A DNA stretch of 32,000 nucleotides. Source: Sedimentisphaera cyanobacteriorum (GTDB lineage Bacteria; Planctomycetota; Phycisphaerae; Sedimentisphaerales; Sedimentisphaeraceae). The position numbers and the translations under genes are program-made. Below, in pieces: positions 16,157-25,200 of this stretch; within the stretch, counting starts at the first letter, position 1, and each line of letters starts with the position of its first letter. A model generated the notes under the pieces. That model worked only from the letters and a program-made list of their open reading frames with translations. It did no database searches and was not told the origin of the DNA. The DNA lies in NCBI RefSeq assembly GCF_001997385.1, contig NZ_CP019633.1, positions 1,740,001 to 1,772,000 on the forward strand. Direction: 5' to 3'.

Positions 16157-17524
16157 TTACAGACGAATGTTCTTCTTTTTTGCTTTATTTGGTTTGTAGT
16201 TTGGATTCGGCTTCATCTCCTGCGCACCGACTTCTTCACGCCAGCGGCAGAGGTCTTCGTAGAGCTCTTTTGTTTTCTCGGGCATCTTTTCTGCAAGGTC
16301 GTTCTTCTCCGAGATGTCTCTTTCAAGGTTGTAGAGCTCTTTCTTGCCGTCTTCGAGGTATTCAATGAGCTTGTAGTCGCCCTTTCTAACAGCGCTTGCG
16401 GGTTTGGTTTTGTGATAATGGGGGTAATGCCAGTATATTGCTTCTCTGTCAATCGGTTTGCCCTGCTTGAGCAGCGGAGACAGGTCAACGCCGTCGAGAG
16501 TTCTGTCAACATCTTTTATGCCGGCCATTGAGAGGACTGTCGTGTACAAATCGTGGCTCGTTGCAATTTCTTTGGTTTCTTCTCCCGCCTTTGTTACTCC
16601 CGGCCATTTGAAGATAAGCGGAACGCGTATTCCGCCTTCGTAAAGAGTTCCCTTGCCGGCGCGGAGTGGGTAGTTATGCGTTTTCTTGAAGAGCCCGCCG
16701 TTGTCGGAGAAGAATATTACAATTGTATCCTCCAGATTCTCATGCCTTAAGAATCTGAGCATATCTCCAACGCTCTTGTCCATATCCGCCACCATAGCGG
16801 CATAATCCGCCCTGTCCTGATACCTCGGCTCGAGGCGGTCGAAGTATTTTTTGTACTTCTCTTTGAGATCGCTTGAGCCGTAAACAGGCGTATGAACAGT
16901 GTAGTGCGAGAGGCATGCGAAAAACGGCTTGTTTTGCTTTTTGCTGTCTCGAATGAAATCCTGACACTGACGGGTAAGCGTTACCGTGCCTTTTGGGTCT
17001 TTGTCTGTTTTTTTCTTGTTTAGGCTCCAGTTTTCCCCGCCTCGGTCGAATCCCATTTCTGTTGGGTGGGCTTTGCCGCCCTGATGCCATTTACCAAGCC
17101 ATGCAGTGTTATAGCCAATCTTTTTGAGGGCTTCTCCGATGGTAATCTCTTTCTGCGGGAGAACCTTCTGCCAGTCTGGAATTTGAAGCTTTTCGTGAGG
17201 GTGTTTATGGCCAGGGATCCAGTCTGTAAGGTGCAGGCGTGCAGGGTGTTTGCCTGTGAGGATGCTTGCTCTTGTCGGCGAGCATACCGGACAGGCCGCA
17301 TAAGCATCGCTGAAGCTGAGCCCCTCTCTTGCAAGCTTGTCAACGCTTGGTGTATGATACGATTCGCTTCCGTAGCAGGAAACATCGCTGTATCCCAAGT
17401 CGTCGATCAGAATCATAAGTATGTTCGGTTTTTGGCTCTGGTCTGCAAACAGCTCAGCCGAACCCAGCGAAGCAGCTAAAACGCCTGCTCCTGCTGATTT
17501 AATGAAATTTCTCCGTGATAACAT
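16157..17524 (-). CDS. formylglycine-dependent sulfatase (S1 family), Tat signal
   Basis: 455-aa ORF with a Tat signal (MLSRRNFIKSAGAGVLAASLG), the sulfatase signature CPVCSPTRASILTG (C-x-P-x-R) and LIDDLGYSD. Confidence 0.9.
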   Translation of the reverse strand: MLSRRNFIKSAGAGVLAASLGSAELFADQSQKPNILMILIDDLGYSDVSCYGSESYHTPSVDKLAREGLSFSDAYAACPVCSPTRASILTGKHPARLHLTDWIPGHKHPHEKLQIPDWQKVLPQKEITIGEALKKIGYNTAWLGKWHQGGKAHPTEMGFDRGGENWSLNKKKTDKDPKGTVTLTRQCQDFIRDSKKQNKPFFACLSHYTVHTPVYGSSDLKEKYKKYFDRLEPRYQDRADYAAMVADMDKSVGDMLRFLRHENLEDTIVIFFSDNGGLFKKTHNYPLRAGKGTLYEGGIRVPLIFKWPGVTKAGEETKEIATSHDLYTTVLSMAGIKDVDRTLDGVDLSPLLKQGKPIDREAIYWHYPHYHKTKPASAVRKGDYKLIEYLEDGKKELYNLERDISEKNDLAEKMPEKTKELYEDLCRWREEVGAQEMKPNPNYKPNKAKKKNIRL

Positions 17525-17566
17525 AGTACAAATCCTTCTTTAAAATTTAAGATTTAAGATTGAAAA

Positions 17567-18124
17567 TTAAAAATCAATCAGCAAGTCTTCCACCGCCATT
17601 CTTCCGGACGGCTCTTCCATTGCCTGAATCTGCTCGGGGAGCCTTGATTTATCGCCTTTACGTCCCACAGCAGCCGCAGCCGCAACAACATAATCATCGC
17701 TGAGGCCTAAGAGCTCGGCTGCTTTCTGCTGTTTGAAGCCCGCCATTGCGTGCATACTTATGCCCATCATGTGCGCCTGGAGAGCCATAGCCATCCAGCT
17801 TGCTCCTGCATCGAAAAATGCCCATTCATTCGGGTTTCCGGTTTGCATATAGGTCTTCTTGTAAACTATATATATAAGCGCAGACGCCTCGCCTGCCCAG
17901 GCCTGATTGGGTTTCACGAGCGTTTCAACAAAAGCCTGCTTCTTTTCATCGCTCTGGGCAACTGCAAAACGCCATGGCTGTTCATTATAGCATGAAGGGC
18001 TCCATCTCGCTGCTTCGAGGATAGTGAGAATTTCTTCCTGAGTTACCGGTTCATCCGAGAACGCTCTGGGAGACCATCTCTCCAGAAATATTGGGTTTAT
18101 ATCCTTATTTGCCTTTCTCTGCAT
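17567..18124 (-). CDS. nitroreductase-family protein
   Basis: 185-aa ORF with RWSPRAFSDEPV and AARWSPSCYNEQPWRF, the standard nitroreductase-fold N-terminal motifs. Confidence 0.85.
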   Translation of the reverse strand: MQRKANKDINPIFLERWSPRAFSDEPVTQEEILTILEAARWSPSCYNEQPWRFAVAQSDEKKQAFVETLVKPNQAWAGEASALIYIVYKKTYMQTGNPNEWAFFDAGASWMAMALQAHMMGISMHAMAGFKQQKAAELLGLSDDYVVAAAAAVGRKGDKSRLPEQIQAMEEPSGRMAVEDLLIDF

Positions 18125-18144
18125 CTTAAATCTCCTTCGAAAAT

Positions 18145-19536
18145 CTAACTTAGTCCATACTCTTTTATTTTTCTGTAAAGCGTTCTCTCGCCGATGCCGA
18201 GAATCCTTGACGCCTTTTCCCTGTTGCCCTCGGTCATTTCGAGGGTGCTTTCAATTGCCTGCTTTTCGATTTCCTCAAGAGACTGCCCTACCAGAAGCTT
18301 AGGGGCAGGTTCGGGCTTAGGACTGCTGAGCTTGGGCATTGAATTAACCTCCGGCGGGACATCCCCGGGCTCTATCACGTCCGATTCGCTCATCAGAGCC
18401 GTCGTTCGAACCACGTTTCTAAGCTCTCTTATATTGCCCGGCCAAGGGTAGCTCAAAAGTATATCCATACAGTTCTTTGAAATGTCCTTGGTATCGACTC
18501 CCAGCTCAGAGCAGGCCTGTTCGAGGAAATAATACAATAAATCCGGTATATCTTCCTGCCTCGAACGAAGCGGAGGCAAAACAATGCTCACCCCCTTGAT
18601 CCTGAAGTACAGGTCTTCGCGAAATTTTTTCTCTTCAACGAGCTTTGCAAGATCGCAGTTCGTTGCACTTACTACTCTTACATCCACTCTCACAGGCTTG
18701 TTCGAGCCTACAGGGATGATTATTCCGTCTTCCAGCACGCGAAGAAGCTTTGCCTGCATGCTCATCGGCATATCGCCGATCTCATCAAGGAAGAGGGTGC
18801 CTTTATCACCTACCTCGAAAAGCCCCTTTCTGTCTGTGGCGGCGCCTGTGAAAGCGCCTTTGACATGGCCGAACAGCTCGCTCTCGAGCAGCGATTCGTT
18901 TAACCCCGCGCAGTTTATCGGACGGAATTCATTGCCCGCACGGTTTGAGTTCATATGTATCGCACGGGCAGTAAGCTCTTTTCCAGTACCCGATTCGCCC
19001 TCAATCAGAACGCTGAGATTCGTAGGGGCGGCCTTGCTTATCACCTTGTATATATGGCGCATTGCGGGGGATTTGCTCTTTACGCCCTCAAAATAAAAGC
19101 TTCTCTCAGAACCGGTCTGTCCGGCAGGCGAGGCCTGAATGGGGTCCGGCGCGCTGAGGCTGAAACTCTTATTGAGCCCTTCGAAAAGCTTCTCGAGAGA
19201 TTCCCGCGAAACAGGCCTTTCGAGAAAATCATACGCGCCGAGCCAAAGGGCCTTCTTGCATGCGTCTATTGAGGCCGATGAGGCAAGCATTACAAATCTC
19301 GCTGCCCGGTACTGACGCCTAAGCCCCTTTATGAGCTCAAAGCCGTCTATCTCCGCCCCTGCCATCATATCCGTGAGCACAAGCGGAGCCTTCACGCGAT
19401 TCATTACATTAGCAGCGTCTTCTGCGCTCTGGGCGTAGTAAACCCTTTCGCAAAGCCCTTCAAGAAGACTTCCAACGCGCTCAGCCCGTCTGGACTTTTC
19501 GTCAACAATAAGAACTGTTATGCCTCTGTCTTTCAT
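18145..19536 (-). CDS. sigma54-dependent Fis-family response regulator (NtrC-type)
   Basis: 463-aa ORF with three parts:
- A receiver domain (VLIVDEKS...LVLTDMMAGAEIDGFELI).
- An intact AAA+ EBP core (GESGTGKE, ESELFGHVKGAFTGA, TLFLDEIGDM, VVSATN, PLRSRQEDI, WPGNIRELRN).
- A C-terminal HTH (ERTLYRKIKEYGL). Confidence 0.92.
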   Translation of the reverse strand: MKDRGITVLIVDEKSRRAERVGSLLEGLCERVYYAQSAEDAANVMNRVKAPLVLTDMMAGAEIDGFELIKGLRRQYRAARFVMLASSASIDACKKALWLGAYDFLERPVSRESLEKLFEGLNKSFSLSAPDPIQASPAGQTGSERSFYFEGVKSKSPAMRHIYKVISKAAPTNLSVLIEGESGTGKELTARAIHMNSNRAGNEFRPINCAGLNESLLESELFGHVKGAFTGAATDRKGLFEVGDKGTLFLDEIGDMPMSMQAKLLRVLEDGIIIPVGSNKPVRVDVRVVSATNCDLAKLVEEKKFREDLYFRIKGVSIVLPPLRSRQEDIPDLLYYFLEQACSELGVDTKDISKNCMDILLSYPWPGNIRELRNVVRTTALMSESDVIEPGDVPPEVNSMPKLSSPKPEPAPKLLVGQSLEEIEKQAIESTLEMTEGNREKASRILGIGERTLYRKIKEYGLS

Positions 19537-19775
19537 TGATTTATATATTCTCCGGAAGTTTTATGCCGGATAAGCTTGAGCTGAATATTGTAAATCACAG
19601 CACGAAAATCAGCCCGGCAGAAACTTTGGTTTTCCAGTACAGTTATTCAAAGGCATTAGTATAAACTAACGCCTCTATTTTGCAATATACAAGCAAATTA
19701 TCTTGCTTTTGAATGCAGCTGATACGAAAAAAGGAAAGTGATTGAAAAAAAATTCAAAAAATTTTGATTTTTTAC

Positions 19776-19803
19776 TTGTTCGGTTTTTGTTCGGTATTAT
19801 AAT
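19776..19803 (+). promoter_or_regulatory. putative recA promoter with an embedded direct repeat (GTTC-N7-GTTC)
   Basis: TTGTTC (19776-19781), 16-nt spacer, TATAAT (19798-19803). TTGTTCGGT occurs twice (19776-19784 and 19787-19795) with an 11-bp period. AGGAG lies 7 nt upstream of the recA ATG. Confidence 0.5.
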
Positions 19804-19850
19804 ACGTCTCAGTTGGTTAATGAAAATTTGATAATTCAGGAGCTGAACAA

Positions 19851-20924
19851 ATGGCTAAGACTAAGAAAAATACCAAGAAAGAAAAGCAGGACGAGGGCAA
19901 CCCGAATCTGCAGCGTACATTAGATATGATCGAAAAACAGTACGGTGCGGGCGCGATTATGAAGATGGATGAATCGCGGCACCTTACTGTTAGCAGCGTC
20001 AGCTCCGGTTCGCTTTCGCTGGATATCGCCCTTGGAGGAAAGGGGGTTCCCAGAGGCAGAGTGGTAGAGGTTTTCGGGCCTGAGGCGTCCGGAAAAACCA
20101 CCCTCGCTCTGCATATGATTTCCGAGGCACAGAAAGAAGGCGGCGTTGCGGCATTTATTGATGCCGAACACGCACTCGACACCACTTGGGCGAGAAAAAT
20201 CGGCGTGGATGTATCAGGGCTGCTGGTGAGTCAGCCGGAAACAGGCGAGCAGGCTCTGGATATTGCAGAGCTGCTTGTGAAGAGCAATTCGGTTGATATT
20301 ATCGTAGTTGACTCTGTGGCAGCGCTTGTGCCCGAGGCCGAGATAACAGGCGAGATGGGCGATAATCACGTTGGGCTTCAGGCAAGGCTGATGAGCCAGG
20401 CGATGAGAAAACTTACCGGCATTATGAGCAAGAGCAAAACGATACTCGTTTTCATCAACCAGATAAGGCAGAAAATCGGAGTTATGTTCGGCAATCCCGA
20501 AACGACCACCGGCGGGAACGCTCTGAAGTTTTACAGCTCTGTAAGGCTTGATGTAAGGCGGATTGCCACTCTTAAAGACTCCGGCGGAGAAGCATACGGA
20601 AACCGCACGAGGGTTAAGGTGGTGAAGAATAAAGTTGCACCGCCCTTCCGTCAGACAGAATTCGATATCCTGTTTACAGGCGGGATAAACTGGGTTGGCG
20701 ATATTATAGACACAGCGGTGAACAAGGAAGTCATCTCCAAAAGCGGGGCTTGGCTCAATTACGGCGATATAAAGCTCGGACAGGGAAGAGACAATGCAAA
20801 GCAGTTTATGCTTGATAACCCCGAGATGATCGATGAAATTAAAAACAAAATACTCTCGCAGGAAGGCCTCCTCGAAGAGGAAAAAGAGGCAGAGGCTGTT
20901 AAAGAAGAGGAGACTGCTAAATAA
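19851..20924 (+). CDS. recA: recombinase RecA
   Basis: 357-aa ORF with [13 protein letters not shown], Walker [61 protein letters not shown] and an acidic C-terminal tail. Confidence 0.97.
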   Translation: MAKTKKNTKKEKQDEGNPNLQRTLDMIEKQYGAGAIMKMDESRHLTVSSVSSGSLSLDIALGGKGVPRGRVVEVFGPEASGKTTLALHMISEAQKEGGVAAFIDAEHALDTTWARKIGVDVSGLLVSQPETGEQALDIAELLVKSNSVDIIVVDSVAALVPEAEITGEMGDNHVGLQARLMSQAMRKLTGIMSKSKTILVFINQIRQKIGVMFGNPETTTGGNALKFYSSVRLDVRRIATLKDSGGEAYGNRTRVKVVKNKVAPPFRQTEFDILFTGGINWVGDIIDTAVNKEVISKSGAWLNYGDIKLGQGRDNAKQFMLDNPEMIDEIKNKILSQEGLLEEEKEAEAVKEEETAK

Positions 20925-21040
20925 AACTGGCAGAAGGGTGAAAAATCTGAAAGGATTCTGATTCTTTCACCCCTTAAGAACCGCACTTCAAAAGAACCTT
21001 CGTTCTTTTAAGTTACATAAAACTAATTCGGACAGGCAAA

Positions 21041-21077
21041 AGAGGCGCCTCGCGTGAGGTGAGCCTCTTCTGCTTTT
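21041..21077 (+). terminator. rho-independent terminator of recA
   Basis: The outer stem is AGAGGC (21041-21046) with GCCTCT (21063-21068). The inner stem is CCTC/GAGG around the loop GCGT. TCTGCTTTTT follows. Confidence 0.65.
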
Positions 21078-21100
21078 TAAAGAGCTTCTGTGATTTTAGG

Positions 21101-21474
21101 CCGCTGAGCAGCGCTGAGATATTTCAGGCGCTGAGAAACACTGAGATACGCTAAGGAGTTTGACGAACGACTAATTTCCCCTGATTTTTCACTGATGATG
21201 CTGCCGAATCTATCCGCTTGTTACGTCCGCCGAAGGCGGAGAGTAAACGGAGGGGAGATTTTTTAGACGGGATTTACAGGATTTTTGGGAGGGTAATTTA
21301 TTTGAACCACGAAGGGCACGAAGATTTTTTATAAACCCTTTTATAACAGAGCTTTACATTCTAAAAATATCTGTGAAATCCGTGTCATCTGTGGATAAAT
21401 AATAAAACAAAACCATATCCTCTTCGTGTGTTTCGTGCCCTTCGCTGTAAAACAAAACATAAAATTTGTGGATA
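21101..21474. repeat. intergenic cluster of dispersed repeat modules (locus C)
   Basis: Modules present:
- A CTGAG-N5-CTGAGAT unit, twice (21104-21120 and 21131-21147).
- CTAATTTC (reverse complement of GAAATTAG, ~21170).
- AATCTATCCGCTT, then the hairpin GTCCGCCGAAGGCGGAG (21207-21243), an inverted copy of 7037-7068.
- CGAAGGGCACGAA (21310-21322) inverted at 21432-21444.
- ATCTGTGAAAT and ATCTGTGGAT (21369-21396).
- CTTCGCTGTAAAACAAAACATAAAATTTGTG (21440-21470). Confidence 0.7.
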
Positions 21475-21481
21475 CAATTTT

Positions 21482-21994
21482 TCATCCAAAGATCAGGATT
21501 TTTATTCCAAGTACGATAAGTATTATCCCGCCTGCCAGCTCGGTTTTATTTTCGAAAAGATGCCCTGCTCTGCAGCCCAATTCTGTACCGATAATGCTCA
21601 ATATAAACGTAATAATTCCTATAACCGTAACGGCAAACCAGACGCTGGTATCAAACAGGGTTATAGTAAATCCGGCAGCCAGAGCGTCTATGCTGGCGGC
21701 AAAGGCCAAAATTATAATAGCCGCCATATCCGCTCTCACTTTCCCCCCTCTTCCGGTATTGAGCAGTTTTCCCGCTTCGTATATCATTTTTACACCCAGA
21801 AACGAAAGTATGAAGAAGGCAAGCAGATTAGCGGCATTCTGAAGGTATTTCGAGAAAAAACCGCCCACAAAAAAGCCTGCAAGCGGCATTAAAGCCTGAA
21901 ACAGACCGAACATCGAGGCCATAAACATCGACCGAGAAAACTTGAGCTCTTTGTATGCTGCCCCTATCGCCAGGGAAACGGAAAATGCATCCAT
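21482..21994 (-). CDS. mntP: manganese efflux pump MntP (DUF204 family); 5' end displaced by an apparent 1-nt frameshift
   Basis: 170-aa ORF starting MDAFSVSLAIG..., the conserved MntP motif, which is repeated in the second half as SIDALAAGF. The normal first ~13 residues (MPYLEITALALGL) are encoded at 22035-21997 in a different frame (see findings). Confidence 0.85.
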   Translation of the reverse strand: MDAFSVSLAIGAAYKELKFSRSMFMASMFGLFQALMPLAGFFVGGFFSKYLQNAANLLAFFILSFLGVKMIYEAGKLLNTGRGGKVRADMAAIIILAFAASIDALAAGFTITLFDTSVWFAVTVIGIITFILSIIGTELGCRAGHLFENKTELAGGIILIVLGIKILIFG

Positions 21995-22151
21995 CGCAAG
22001 CCCAAAGCCAGTGCTGTTATTTCTAAATAAGGCATAGCTGAAATTGTAAACAGACTGTGGATAATAATCAAGAAATTGAAGCCGAAGCTTTGCACTATAT
22101 TTTCCTGAATTTTTTCTTTATAAATTATTTAAAGATTAGGAATTATTTTCC

Positions 22152-22180
22152 TTGACATTCTTCTATGGTAAAACTACTAT
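22152..22180 (+). promoter_or_regulatory. putative sigma70 promoter of the RHS gene
   Basis: TTGACA (22152-22157), 17-nt spacer, TACTAT (22175-22180). It lies ~70 nt upstream of ATG 22251, and GAGG sits 8 nt before that ATG. Confidence 0.5.
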
Positions 22181-22250
22181 AGACTTGAAGATTGGATAGC
22201 AAGTGTTATCCGGGGTTGTAAATTTGAAACAAAAAAATGAGGTTATTAGA

Positions 22251-25200
22251 ATGAAACGTTCGATTATAAGCGGACTGCTGGTTTCTGCGGTTGTGCTTGG
22301 TTTTTTTGCTGTACAGAGCGCATCAGCTGGTCGCTGGTTTAAGCTGTTTAAGGTAGTGTTCAAAACAGAGCGTTCCGAGTGCAACGCTGCATACCCGGAA
22401 CTTGAAACCCCGCCAATCGAAGAGGGGCTTACTGTTTACAGGTATGCTTTAGACAACAGCTTCTTCCCCGTATGCCCTAACAGCATCTTCTACAACTGGG
22501 AGTTTTACGGGAGCGATCTTATTCTGCAGGTTGAAGCATTCAACGAGAAAGGTCCAGATGAGGGATACTGCTCAGTACGCACAGCGGGCGGTGTTCCGTT
22601 AGTATCAGAGGGCTCTCTTCGAGATATGGATATCGAGGAGCATTACGAGATAACTGTAAACAATCCTGCCCCCCCGATGTTCACGAACTACTTTGCACAT
22701 GTCTCTGTTGACAGTTTCCTTTATCACCATTGGCTTACGAATATTCACGTTCTTCCGTTTGACAACGAAGAAGATAACAAAAAATACAGAATCCAGAGTC
22801 TCGATCAGGTTCTGCCTGATACAGACAAGGGTATGGACCCTGTTGAATTCTGCACAGGCAAAGGGATACAAAGCATAAATGACATTTATGTTCCCGGCAA
22901 TACGATGGACATAAATTTCACACGTCTTTATTACGGCGACAGCGATGATCAGGGATTCAAACGCAGGTTCTCAAATCCCGCTCCCGGGCAGAAATATCTT
23001 GCCGGCACAAACGACGAACAGCTCAAGAACGACTGCGCAGCTCTGGAGCAGATGAAGAGCGATTCAGTTAATATGAGCGTTGAAGAGCTTGTAAACGCCT
23101 ACGGAAATACCGGCAGCAGATCTGATACGATTAAGAACTACACATTTATGGTAGTAGAGGATGTGTCATACTTTATTGAACCGGACTGCTGGAAGCCCGG
23201 GCAAAGCGCACCTGACCCCAACGATAATTTGATAGAAGTGCAGGAAGGCTTCGGAGAATTCTACGATAAGGACGGAGGTACGCTTCAGGTTGATGTTTAT
23301 TCCACCTATGAACACTTCTGCTGGGAATGCGACCCAAACAGCGAAATCATCAGCGACTGCACAAGCTATGTTCTGCAGATCGATGAAGAATCATACTCCT
23401 ATACAATCGATTACGGCATAGACCCCGAGAGCTGCAGGGTAGGGCGCAACTGGACTCACAACTACAACATTGCGCTTAGATACTGCGGTACAGAAACCGA
23501 TGAGAGCACATGCATTGAATACGACAAATACCGCCTTTATGCGGGCAATGCAAGATACAGCTTCCTCAGAGACAAAAGCCTCGAAACCGGTCCTTACACC
23601 TGCGCAAAGGCTCCTGGAGTGATGCTTTTTGAAGACGGCGACACGCTTACTGTAAAGATGAAGAACGATGTGGACTGGTACTTCGATGCATCAAATAAAG
23701 AAAATACCGACCGTACATACTTCATCGACTACATAAAAGACAGATACGGCAACCAGATGGATTTCTACTATTCAGACGGACTGCTGACAAACATCACCAA
23801 CGATGCGGGCAGATACATCAACATCTACTACGATGATGACAAGATGATAGACTACATTGAAGACAGTCGCGGAAGAAAATGGTACTACACAAGAAACGAC
23901 GACCAAGACCTCGTATCTGTTCAGTGCCCGCCTGCAGAGAGCGGCACAGGAAACAGAACTGTACAATATACATACACCTCTGCCAACTCAGACAACCCGC
24001 ACCAGATTATAACTCAGGAGGATTCTCAGGGGCAGATCTGGTCTGTGAACTACTACGACTCTGAAGGCAGAATAAACAGGCAGACATACGGACAGGATGA
24101 TTTCATAGCATCTTATTACACCGACCCTAACGGGAATATAACTTCTGTAGAAGTGTACGACAGAGCAGGCAATCTTGAAAAGCATTACCTCACAGAAACC
24201 GGGCTTTTAGACAAACTTGAAAAAGAAATGGACGACGGCGATTGGGCAATAACTGATTATGTTTATGATTTCGACCTCGACCAGCAGCTCTCAGAGGAGA
24301 ATGCCCCCGGGCACCTGAGAAAAATGATCCTCCCTACAGGCGAGATCTATGAATATGAATACGACAGCTACGGGAATATGGTAGAACTAATACATAAAGC
24401 CGACGAGAATGATACAGGCCTTTCACGCAGCTACACCTACAGCTCTGGTCCTCAGAGCAAACTGCTTTCTGCAACGGACGAAAACGGAAACACAGCAGAC
24501 TTCAGCTATAACGGAAGCCTGCTTGAGAAAATTGAGCTGCCCGCAGACAGGTATTTCAGTCCGCAGACAGGACAGTTCGAAAATGTAAGGCCGTCTTATC
24601 ATTTCGAGTACACGCAGGAAGGGCTTATAAGCAAGATTACACTGCCCGACGGCGGAACTCTCGATTATGAGTACTCCTTTGCGAGCTCTGGAGCGATAGA
24701 TTATCTCACGATATACCTCAACAAGGTTTCCGGGGTTTGGGATGCTAAATGGGAGTACGACTATAACCCTCAAACGGGATTTGTTGAGAAGGTGGTAAAG
24801 CCTCAGGGCGGTATTACATCTTTCACCTATGACAATGCCGACAGGATCCGTGAAATAAGCAACGGGCTCAACGAGATTACAAAAATCGCTTACAACCCCT
24901 CAGGCCTTGTATCAAGAGTAAGCTCTCAGCTGGGCACCAGTTTCTCTGAGAATACTGCTCTGAGTTATGATTTCAGCTATTCAATATTAAACCAGCTCAC
25001 TCAGATAACAGACTCCCTCGGCAGAATCACTCAGCTCGGCTATGACGCAAACGGCAAGAGAGAGTATCTCAAAGACCCGAAAGCCGTTCAGGAAGGATTC
25101 AAAAACCTTGAATATACATATGACAACAGCGGAAGGGTTAAATCTGTTCAGCTGCCGGAGAGCTATGAAAGAGGCCCGAACGGAAACAAAACTGATTTCA

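Noticed and set aside
21369-21474. DnaA-box-like sequences as a possible origin or DnaA-titration site: TGTGGATAA at 21390-21398 is a perfect TTATCCACA, with one-mismatch boxes at 21466-21474 and 7100-7108
   Set aside because: One perfect 9-mer and a few one-mismatch boxes are about what chance predicts in 64 kb of two-strand sequence. No dnaA/dnaN genes are nearby, and the boxes are embedded in the dispersed repeat modules.
22036-22200. yybP-ykoY manganese riboswitch upstream of mntP
   Set aside because: I read the reverse strand of the leader and found none of the conserved GGGGAGUAG / UUGACA-type blocks. The region is simply AT-rich.
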